A stretch of 64,000 nucleotides of DNA from Escherichia phage LH2, in the sequence record OQ378934.1; one strand, 5' to 3'. This document shows, in pieces, positions 56,688-64,000 of the stretch (its first letter is position 1; each line of letters begins with the position of its first letter). The notes under the pieces are model-generated. The model saw nothing but the letters and a program-made list of their open reading frames with translations. It was not told the DNA's origin and made no database searches. Position numbers and translations under genes: made by a program.

Positions 56688-56903
56688 ATGAAACGTAAAA
56701 TTGTTCAGAATTGCACTAATGATGAATTTGAAGATGTATTATTCGATCCAGATTTGGTAGTAGTTCAAAAGGAACATACTAGCAAGTTTACTCACTTGAC
56801 TTCGGTTTATGTGTATGAGAAAGTCGGTGATAAACAGCCAATTTATGGTGTATTTCGTGAAATTACTGAAGATGGCACAACTTACTGGAAGGAAATTTAT
56901 TAA
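56688..56903 (+). CDS. Hypothetical protein
   Basis: 71 aa; SD GAGGAAA. Confidence 0.5.
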   Translation: MKRKIVQNCTNDEFEDVLFDPDLVVVQKEHTSKFTHLTSVYVYEKVGDKQPIYGVFREITEDGTTYWKEIY

Positions 56904-57322
56904 TGGCTATTAAATTTGAAGTTAATAAATGGTATCAATTTAAAAATAAACAAGCTCAAGAAAATTTTATTAAAGACCATACTGATAACGGAATCTATGC
57001 ACGACGTTTAGGTATGGAGCCTTTTAAAATTTTAGATGCTGATTATCTTGGGCGTCCTACTAAAATTATGACATCCATAGGTGTGCTCAAACGTTGTGCC
57101 GGCGGTGATATCCTTGATGAAAACTTTATCTGGCTCTCTACTAACGAAGCTGGGTTCTTTGATGAAGTTGAAAATCCATATCAGGCTGCTGAAGAACAAG
57201 AGCAGGAAGAGCAAGAACAAATAGAAGATTTCACAGAATTCCCGGTAATGAAAGTTACTATTGAAAATAATGAACAAGCATGGTCTTTGTATCAGATGTT
57301 GAAAGCTCACTTTAAGGAATAA
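56903..57322 (+). CDS. Hypothetical protein with acidic Gln/Glu stretch
   Basis: 139 aa; [16 protein letters not shown]. Confidence 0.5.
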   Translation: MAIKFEVNKWYQFKNKQAQENFIKDHTDNGIYARRLGMEPFKILDADYLGRPTKIMTSIGVLKRCAGGDILDENFIWLSTNEAGFFDEVENPYQAAEEQEQEEQEQIEDFTEFPVMKVTIENNEQAWSLYQMLKAHFKE

Positions 57323-57324
57323 TT

Positions 57325-57501
57325 ATGCCTCTTTATGATTATAAATGTCAATCCAAAGACTGCGCAAAAGAATACGAAAAAATCAAGAAAATTTCTGAAA
57401 GGGATACTGATGTATGTCCTGATTGTCATCGGATTGCTATTCGGTTAGTTTCCGCTCCTAAGCATGTGAATGGTGGATTTTACGACTTACTTAAAGGGTG
57501 A
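57325..57501 (+). CDS. FmdB-family-like zinc-ribbon protein (58 aa, below ORF-track cutoff)
   Basis: MPLYDYKC..C...CPDC pattern typical of FmdB-type zinc ribbons. Confidence 0.5.
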   Translation: MPLYDYKCQSKDCAKEYEKIKKISERDTDVCPDCHRIAIRLVSAPKHVNGGFYDLLKG

Positions 57502-57503
57502 TT

Positions 57504-57875
57504 ATGTTTAAAATCGGTAAGAAATATCGTGTTCGCGAAGGTGAAGAAAAGAAATATCTACTTTCTTCTATTTATAGGAATGGTTCTATTAATGCCGTAA
57601 TATCTACAAGTGAATTTATCGTTGAAGATATGAAAGGTAATAATGTTACAATGATTAGTACATCATCTGGAAATGATGGAAAAATTCTTCACAGTTTTCA
57701 GAGTAATGTTCTAATTTATGATGAAGAATTTGACTTCTTCGAAGAAGTTCCTGAAGATTTTGATTTTGGATGCACCATCACTATGAAATCTGGCGACCCT
57801 CTTTCTTTTACAGTTAAAGATGAAAGAAGTCGCTTGAGAATTATTAGTCTCCTTCAAGCCATTAAATTTGAGTGA
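57504..57875 (+). CDS. Hypothetical protein
   Basis: ATG 57504; 123 aa. Confidence 0.5.
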   Translation: MFKIGKKYRVREGEEKKYLLSSIYRNGSINAVISTSEFIVEDMKGNNVTMISTSSGNDGKILHSFQSNVLIYDEEFDFFEEVPEDFDFGCTITMKSGDPLSFTVKDERSRLRIISLLQAIKFE

Positions 57876-57879
57876 AATT

Positions 57880-58140
57880 ATGAAATATGTTAATCGTTCT
57901 ATCGCGGCATTAGTATTAGCAGTATCTTTAGTAGGATGTACTGATGCTGATAACGCAACCAAAGTTTTGTCTTCAAGCGGTTTTACTAATATTGAAATCA
58001 CTGGATACAATTGGTTCGGTTGCTCTGAAAATGATTTCCAGCATACTGGATTTCGTGCTATTGGACCTACTGGGCAGAAAGTAGAAGGAACAGTATGTTC
58101 TGGGCTGTTCTTTAAGGATTCGACTATCCGTTTTAAATAA
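57880..58140 (+). CDS. Lipoprotein
   Basis: MKYVNRSIAALVLAVSLVGC lipobox. Confidence 0.55.
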   Translation: MKYVNRSIAALVLAVSLVGCTDADNATKVLSSSGFTNIEITGYNWFGCSENDFQHTGFRAIGPTGQKVEGTVCSGLFFKDSTIRFK

Positions 58141-58142
58141 AA

Positions 58143-58154
58143 GGCCTTCGGGCC
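58143..58154 (+). terminator. UUCG-loop hairpin after the lipoprotein gene
   Basis: ggcc-ttcg-ggcc. Confidence 0.45.
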
Positions 58155-58209
58155 TTTAGCTTTATGATTACCGGAGTATAATATTCCCGAAACCAAACGA
58201 GGATAAGTG

Positions 58210-59760
58210 ATGATTAAGAATGAAATTAAAATTCTGAGCGATATTGAACATATCAAAAAGCGTAGCGGCATGTACATTGGTTCTTCTGCTAATGAAATGC
58301 ATGAGCGCTTTCTGTTTGGTAAATGGGAAAGTGTTCAGTATGTACCTGGTCTTGTTAAGCTTATTGATGAAATTATCGATAACTCAGTAGATGAAGGTAT
58401 TCGTACTAAGTTTAAATTCGCAAATAAAATTAATGTTACCATTAAAAATAATCAGGTAACAGTTGAAGATAACGGTCGTGGTATTCCACAAGCGATGGTT
58501 AAAACACCTACCGGTGAAGAAATTCCTGGTCCAGTTGCTGCATGGACTATTCCAAAAGCAGGTGGTAACTTTGGTGATGATAAAGAACGCGTCACTGGCG
58601 GTATGAACGGTGTTGGTTCTAGTTTAACTAACATTTTTTCTGTGATGTTTGTCGGCGAAACTGGCGATGGTCAAAATAATATTGTAGTTCGTTGTTCAAA
58701 TGGCATGGAAAATAAATCGTGGGAAACTATTCCTGGAAAATGGAAAGGAACTCGTGTTACTTTCATTCCTGATTTTATGTCATTTGAAACTAATGAGCTA
58801 TCTCAGGTTTATCTTGACATTACATTAGATCGTCTCCAGACACTTGCAGTAGTTTATCCTGATATTCAATTTACCTTTAATGGTAAAAAGGTTCAGGGTA
58901 ATTTTAAGAAATACGCACGCCAATATGATGAGCATGCTATCGTTCAAGAACAAGAAAATTGTTCTATTGCGGTTGGTCGTTCACCGGATGGTTTTCGTCA
59001 ATTAACATACGTCAATAACATTCATACTAAGAATGGTGGCCATCACATTGACTGTGTTATGGATGATATTTGTGAAGACCTTATTCCACAAATCAAACGT
59101 AAATTTAAAATTGACGTAACTAAAGCACGTGTTAAAGAATGTTTGACTATCGTTATGTTTGTTCGTGATATGAAAAACATGCGATTTGATTCTCAAACTA
59201 AAGAGCGTTTGACTTCTCCATTTGGTGAAATTCGTAGTCATATTCAGCTTGATGCTAAAAAGATTTCACGTGCTATTTTAAATAATGAAGCAATTTTAAT
59301 GCCAATTATTGAAGCTGCCTTAGCTCGTAAATTGGCGGCAGAAAAAGCAGCAGAAACTAAAGCAGCTAAAAAGGCCTCTAAAGCTAAGGTTCATAAACAT
59401 ATCAAAGCGAATCTTTGTGGTAAAGATGCTGACACGACTCTTTTCTTGACTGAGGGTGATTCTGCTATCGGATATCTTATTGATGTTCGTGATAAAGAAC
59501 TTCATGGTGGTTATCCATTGCGTGGTAAAGTTCTTAACAGTTGGGGTATGTCATATGCTGATATGCTTAAAAACAAAGAACTGTTTGATATTTGCGCAAT
59601 CACTGGATTAGTTCTTGGTGAAAAGGCATTTGAAGAAAAAGAAGATGGCGAGTGGTTTACTTTCGAACTAAATGGCGATACAATTATCGTAAATGAAAAT
59701 GATGAAGTACAGATTAATGGTAAATGGATAACAGTAGGTGAATTACGAAAAAATCTATAA
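58210..59760 (+). CDS. 39: DNA topoisomerase II large subunit gp39 (GyrB-like ATPase and TOPRIM start)
   Basis: 516 aa from ATG 58210; GHKL ATPase motifs (DNSVDEG, GRGIP, GGMNGVGSS). Confidence 0.9.
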   Translation: MIKNEIKILSDIEHIKKRSGMYIGSSANEMHERFLFGKWESVQYVPGLVKLIDEIIDNSVDEGIRTKFKFANKINVTIKNNQVTVEDNGRGIPQAMVKTPTGEEIPGPVAAWTIPKAGGNFGDDKERVTGGMNGVGSSLTNIFSVMFVGETGDGQNNIVVRCSNGMENKSWETIPGKWKGTRVTFIPDFMSFETNELSQVYLDITLDRLQTLAVVYPDIQFTFNGKKVQGNFKKYARQYDEHAIVQEQENCSIAVGRSPDGFRQLTYVNNIHTKNGGHHIDCVMDDICEDLIPQIKRKFKIDVTKARVKECLTIVMFVRDMKNMRFDSQTKERLTSPFGEIRSHIQLDAKKISRAILNNEAILMPIIEAALARKLAAEKAAETKAAKKASKAKVHKHIKANLCGKDADTTLFLTEGDSAIGYLIDVRDKELHGGYPLRGKVLNSWGMSYADMLKNKELFDICAITGLVLGEKAFEEKEDGEWFTFELNGDTIIVNENDEVQINGKWITVGELRKNL

Positions 59761-60556
59761 TGACTTAATAGTGCGGGGTAAAACCCGCGTTTCTAAATTT
59801 AAGGGTGAAATTCATCATATCCTTCCAAGATCAATGGGAGGTTCTGATGATAAAGAAAATTTGGTGAAACTGACTTTTCGTGAACACTTTTTAGCACATT
59901 TTCTACTATATAAAATTCATCGTAATCGTGAAATGGCATATGCGATGAATAGAATGTTAAACACTGAAAAATATTTACGTTCTAGTAAATTATATGAAAT
60001 TGCTAGAATTTACCATCAAAGAGCAGTATCTGAATGGTCAAAAAACTTTATGAAAGATAAAGTTTTAATGAGAAGTATTAAATCGGGTAAATGCGCCTTA
60101 TTAATTAAAGGATCATTTAACCCAAAGGAATGGTGCGGTGTTAATAAAGGTGTTAAGCTTCCTGGAATTAAAGGCATGACATGCTTTAAAAATGAAAAGG
60201 GCGAAGTTTTTCGTCTTCATGTTAATGATCCACGCATTAAAGCTGAAAAATTAGTTGGTATTGGAAATACTGTTGCTGCTACTGCAAAAGCAGCTGAACT
60301 TGAAAAAGCGAAACCATGGTATAATAAATCAGCGACAAATCCAGAGGCTGTAAAATTAATACCAAATTTATATGAATGGTACGTCACGAAATATGACCCC
60401 GATCATTATAAACGAACAGGAGTTGCTAAATGGAAATCAGTTAATAATATAACTGTGAATTCAAAATTATTCGGCCGAGCATTTAATGAATTTAAACGCG
60501 GTTGGATTCCTGATGAAAAGTTCTATGAGGTGTATAATGAAATTTGTAAAAATTGA
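59738..60556 (+). CDS. mobA: HNH homing endonuclease (MobA-like) inserted between 39 and 60
   Basis: GTG start overlapping the 3' end of 39; HNH motif GEIHHILPRSMGGSDDKENLVKLTFREH; paralog of the 46237 ORF. Confidence 0.75.
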   Translation: MNYEKIYNDLIVRGKTRVSKFKGEIHHILPRSMGGSDDKENLVKLTFREHFLAHFLLYKIHRNREMAYAMNRMLNTEKYLRSSKLYEIARIYHQRAVSEWSKNFMKDKVLMRSIKSGKCALLIKGSFNPKEWCGVNKGVKLPGIKGMTCFKNEKGEVFRLHVNDPRIKAEKLVGIGNTVAATAKAAELEKAKPWYNKSATNPEAVKLIPNLYEWYVTKYDPDHYKRTGVAKWKSVNNITVNSKLFGRAFNEFKRGWIPDEKFYEVYNEICKN

Positions 60557-60674
60557 TTCTTCTAGCGTTGATATGAAAAAATATAAATTGCAGAACAATG
60601 TTCGTCGTTCTATTAAATCCTCTTCAATGAACTATGCGAATGTCGCTATTATGACAGACGCAGATCACGATGGA
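60537..60674 (+). CDS. 60: Topoisomerase II subunit gp60, codons 1-46 (before the bypass)
   Basis: MKFVKIDSSSVDMKKYKLQNNVRRSIKSSSMNYANVAIMTDADHDG ending at take-off GGA 60672-60674. Confidence 0.85.
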
Positions 60675-60724
60675 TAGCCTTCGGGCTATCCATAGAAATA
60701 CCTCATAATTAAGAGATTATTGGA
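60675..60724 (+). other. 60: 50-nt translational bypass (coding gap) of gene 60
   Basis: UAG stop directly after take-off GGA; stem-loop tagc-cttcgg-gcta; landing GGA at 60722-60724; frame resumes at TTA 60725. Confidence 0.85.
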
Positions 60725-61069
60725 TTAGGTTCTATTTATCCTTCTTTGCTCGGATTTTTTAGTAATTGGCCAGAACTGTTTGAACAAGGAAGAATTCGCT
60801 TTGTCAAAACTCCTGTAATCATCGCTCAGGTCGGTAAAAAACAAGAATGGTTTTATACAGTCGCTGAATACGAGAGTGCTAAAGATGCTCTACCTAAACA
60901 TAGCATCCGTTATATTAAGGGACTTGGCTCTTTGGAAAAATCTGAATATCGTGAGATGATTCAAAACCCAGTATATGATGTTGTTAAACTTCCTGAGAAC
61001 TGGAAAGAGCTTTTTGAAATGCTCATGGGAGATAATGCTGACCTTCGTAAAGAATGGATGAGCCAATAG
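60725..61069 (+). CDS. 60: Topoisomerase II subunit gp60, codons 47-160 (after the bypass)
   Basis: LGSIYPSLLGFFSNWPELFEQGRIRFVKTPVII...; combined length 160 aa. Confidence 0.85.
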   Translation, partial: LGSIYPSLLGFFSNWPELFEQGRIRFVKTPVIIAQVGKKQEWFYTVAEYESAKDALPKHSIRYIKGLGSLEKSEYREMIQNPVYDVVKLPENWKELFEMLMGDNADLRKEWMSQ

Positions 61070-61098
61070 TTTACTTTACCACAAGGATGTGGTATAAT
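61069..61098 (+). promoter_or_regulatory. T4-type early promoter (near-identical to 15121-15150)
   Basis: gtttac 61069-61074; tataat 61093-61098. Confidence 0.55.
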
Positions 61099-61123
61099 TA
61101 ATTGGGCAAATGAGGATATTGAA

Positions 61124-61327
61124 ATGAAATCATATAAAGTAAATTTAGAACTATTTGATAAAGCAGTTCATCGAGAATATAGAATCATTCAACGCTTTTT
61201 CGATATGGGAGAAGCCGAAGAGTTTAAAAACCGCTTTAAGGATATTAGAGATAAAATTCAATCCGACACTGCAACTAAAGATGAACTACTAGAAGTTGCT
61301 GAAGTTATTAAACGCAATATGAATTAA
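61124..61327 (+). CDS. Hypothetical protein (rIIA.1 position)
   Basis: 67-aa ORF immediately upstream of rIIA. Confidence 0.5.
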   Translation: MKSYKVNLELFDKAVHREYRIIQRFFDMGEAEEFKNRFKDIRDKIQSDTATKDELLEVAEVIKRNMN

Positions 61328-61337
61328 TGAGGAAATT

Positions 61338-63515
61338 ATGATTATCACCACTGAAAAAGAAACAATTCTTGGTAATGGTTCTAAATCAAAAGCATTTAGC
61401 ATCACAGCGTCTCCTAAAGTATTTAAAATTCTGTCATCTGATTTGTATACAAACAAGATTCGCGCAGTGGTTCGTGAATTGATTACCAACATGATTGATG
61501 CCCATGCTCTTAATGGAAATCCTGAAAAATTTATCATTCAAGTTCCAGGACGATTAGATCCGCGATTTGTTTGCCGAGATTTTGGTCCGGGTATGAGCGA
61601 TTTTGATATTCAGGGTGATGATAATTCTCCTGGGTTGTATAATTCATACTTTAGTTCATCTAAGGCTGAATCTAATGATTTCATTGGTGGATTTGGTTTA
61701 GGTTCTAAATCTCCGTTTAGTTATACTGATACATTTAGTATTACTTCGTACCATAAAGGCGAAATTCGTGGTTATGTAGCTTACATGGATGGTGATGGTC
61801 CGCAGATTAAACCTACATTCGTAAAAGAAATGGGTCCAAATGATAAAACTGGTATTGAAATCGTAGTTCCAGTTGAAGAAAAAGATTTTAGAAACTTTGC
61901 TTATGAAGTTTCTTATATCATGCGACCGTTCAAAGATTTGGCTATCATTAATGGTCTTGACCGCGAAATTGATTATTTTCCGGATTTTGATGACTATTAC
62001 GGTGTAAATCCAGAAAGATATTGGCCAGATCGTGGTGGATTGTATGCTATCTATGGTGGTATTGTTTATCCTATCGATGGTGTTATTAGAGACCGTAACT
62101 GGTTAAGCATCCGCAATGAAGTGAATTACATTAAGTTTCCAATGGGTTCACTTGATATTGCTCCATCGCGTGAGGCTCTTTCATTAGATGATCGTACTCG
62201 TAAAAATATTATTGAGCGTGTTAAAGAGCTCAGTGAGCAGGCATTTAATGAAGATGTAAAACGATTTAAAGAATCTACATCTCCTCGTCATACATACCGT
62301 GAATTGATGAAGATGGGATATTCTGCTCGAGATTATATGATTAGCAATTCAGTCAAATTTACGACTAAAAATCTGTCATATAAAAAGATGCAGAGCATGT
62401 TTGAACCTGACAGTAAGTTATGCAATGCAGGGGTTGTGTATGAAGTAAATCTTGACCCTCGACTGAAACGCATTAAGCAAAGCCATGAAACTTCAGCCGT
62501 TGCGTCAAGCTATCGTCTGTTTGGTATTAATACGACAAAAATTAATATTGTTATTGATAATATTAAAAATCGTGTTAATATTGTCCGTGGATTAGCACGT
62601 GCATTAGATGATAGTGAATTTAATAACACTTTAAATATTCATCACAATGAGCGTCTTCTGTTTATTAATCCGGAAGTAGAATCGCAGATTGATTTGCTTC
62701 CTGATATTATGGCAATGTTTGAAAGTGATGAAGTTAACATTCATTATTTGTCAGAAATTGAAGCTTTAGTTAAAAGTTATATTCCAAAGGCAGTAAAAAG
62801 TACAGCTCCTCGTCCTAAAACTGCCACTGCGTTTAAGTTTGAAATTAAAGACGGGCGCTGGGAAAAAGAGGAACTGTTTACGCTCACATCAGAAGCAGAT
62901 GAAATTACTGGTTATGTAGCATATATGCATCGTTCTGATATTTTCTCTATGGATGGTACTACATCGCTTTGTAATCCATCTACGAGTATTTTGACCCGTA
63001 TGGCTAATCTTATTGGCATTAATGAATTTTATGTTATTCGTCCACTTTTGCAGAAAAAGGTAAAAGAACTTGGTCAGTGCCAATGTATTTTTGAAACTCT
63101 GCGTGATTTATATGTAGATGCTTTTGATGCTGTAGATTATGATAAGTATGTAGGTTATTCGAGTTCAGCTAAACGATATATTGATAAAATTATCAAGTAT
63201 CCTGAACTAGATTTTATGATGAAGTACTTCAGTGTAGATGAAGTTTCCGAAGAATATACTCGCCTTGGTAATATGGTTAGTTCATTGCAGGGTATATATT
63301 TCAACGGTGGAAAAGATACCATCGGTCATGACATCTGGACAGTAACTAATCTTTTTGAAACACTATCATATAATGCTTCAAAAAACAGTGATAAAATGGT
63401 TGCTGAGTTTACCAAGAAATTCCGTATTGTTTCCGATTTCATCGGTTATCGCAACTCTTTAAGTGATGATGAAGTTTCCCAAATCGCTAAAACTATGAAG
63501 GCCCTTGCGGCCTAA
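61338..63515 (+). CDS. rIIA: Rapid-lysis protein rIIA
   Basis: 725 aa; ATPase-like N-terminal domain; length and position match T4 rIIA. Confidence 0.92.
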   Translation: MIITTEKETILGNGSKSKAFSITASPKVFKILSSDLYTNKIRAVVRELITNMIDAHALNGNPEKFIIQVPGRLDPRFVCRDFGPGMSDFDIQGDDNSPGLYNSYFSSSKAESNDFIGGFGLGSKSPFSYTDTFSITSYHKGEIRGYVAYMDGDGPQIKPTFVKEMGPNDKTGIEIVVPVEEKDFRNFAYEVSYIMRPFKDLAIINGLDREIDYFPDFDDYYGVNPERYWPDRGGLYAIYGGIVYPIDGVIRDRNWLSIRNEVNYIKFPMGSLDIAPSREALSLDDRTRKNIIERVKELSEQAFNEDVKRFKESTSPRHTYRELMKMGYSARDYMISNSVKFTTKNLSYKKMQSMFEPDSKLCNAGVVYEVNLDPRLKRIKQSHETSAVASSYRLFGINTTKINIVIDNIKNRVNIVRGLARALDDSEFNNTLNIHHNERLLFINPEVESQIDLLPDIMAMFESDEVNIHYLSEIEALVKSYIPKAVKSTAPRPKTATAFKFEIKDGRWEKEELFTLTSEADEITGYVAYMHRSDIFSMDGTTSLCNPSTSILTRMANLIGINEFYVIRPLLQKKVKELGQCQCIFETLRDLYVDAFDAVDYDKYVGYSSSAKRYIDKIIKYPELDFMMKYFSVDEVSEEYTRLGNMVSSLQGIYFNGGKDTIGHDIWTVTNLFETLSYNASKNSDKMVAEFTKKFRIVSDFIGYRNSLSDDEVSQIAKTMKALAA

Positions 63516-63526
63516 TAAGGAAAATT

Positions 63527-64000
63527 ATGTACAATATTAAATGCCTGACCAAAAACGAACAAGCTGAAATTGTCAAACTGTATTCAAGTGGTAATTACAC
63601 CCAACAGGAATTGGCTGATTGGCAAGGTGTATCGGTTGACACAATCCGTCGTGTTTTGAAAAATGCTGAAGAAGCTGAACGCTCTAAAGTTACCATTAGC
63701 GGTGACATTACAGTTACAGTTAATAGCGATGCAGTTATTGCTCCAGTTGCTAAATCTGACATTATTTGGAATGCATCTAAAAAATTCATTTCAATTACTG
63801 TTGACGGCGTAACTTATAACGCAACTCCTAATACTCATTCAAACTTCCAGGAAATTCTTAATCTGCTTGTAGCGGATAAGTTGGAAGAAGCGGCACAAAA
63901 AATTAACGTTCGTCGCGCTGTTGAAAAATATATTTCCGGTGATGTTCGAATTGAAGGTGGAAGCTTGTTCTATCAAAATATTGAATTACGGTCTGGTTTA
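63527..64000 (+). CDS. rIIB: Rapid-lysis protein rIIB (5' partial, runs off window)
   Basis: MYNIKCLTKNEQAEIVKLYSSGNYTQQELADWQGVSVDTIRRVL...; open to the window end. Confidence 0.85.
   Translation, partial: MYNIKCLTKNEQAEIVKLYSSGNYTQQELADWQGVSVDTIRRVLKNAEEAERSKVTISGDITVTVNSDAVIAPVAKSDIIWNASKKFISITVDGVTYNATPNTHSNFQEILNLLVADKLEEAAQKINVRRAVEKYISGDVRIEGGSLFYQNIELRSGL

Noticed and set aside
57711-58277. 188-aa minus-strand ORF spanning three + strand genes and a terminator
   Set aside because: Crosses gene boundaries and the hairpin terminator of the + strand; implausible as a real gene.

Overview
This window is a contiguous block of the early/middle region of a T-even (T4-like) myovirus genome, read in the direction of early transcription. 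Almost every gene is on the + strand and tightly packed, often with overlapping stop/start codons (ATGA). Recognisable genes run from lysozyme e and denV through regB, tk, nrdC, 49, an intron-split nrdD, nrdG, 55, alpha-gt, 47, 46, rpbA, 45, 44, 62, regA, 43, imm, 42, uvsX, 40, 41, dmd, sp, 61, 56, soc, modB/modA, dda, dexA, 39, 60 and rIIA to the start of rIIB. Gene names come from my recall of T4 protein sequences and gene order, not from a database search. The phage is not T4 itself: the lysozyme differs from T4 at three residues in a T2-like pattern, ipII/ipIII are absent between e and denV, and a GT-A-type glycosyltransferase sits at the beta-gt position. Notable features are the gene 60 50-nt translational bypass element, a group I intron in nrdD carrying an endonuclease-like ORF, five homing-endonuclease-like genes, repeated promoter-leader cassettes, a glycyl-radical cofactor gene with a host-like 3' half, and a nucleotidyltransferase/ATPase gene pair of unknown function. 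I saw no tRNA, rRNA or CRISPR array. Promoter and terminator calls are motif-based and unverified.
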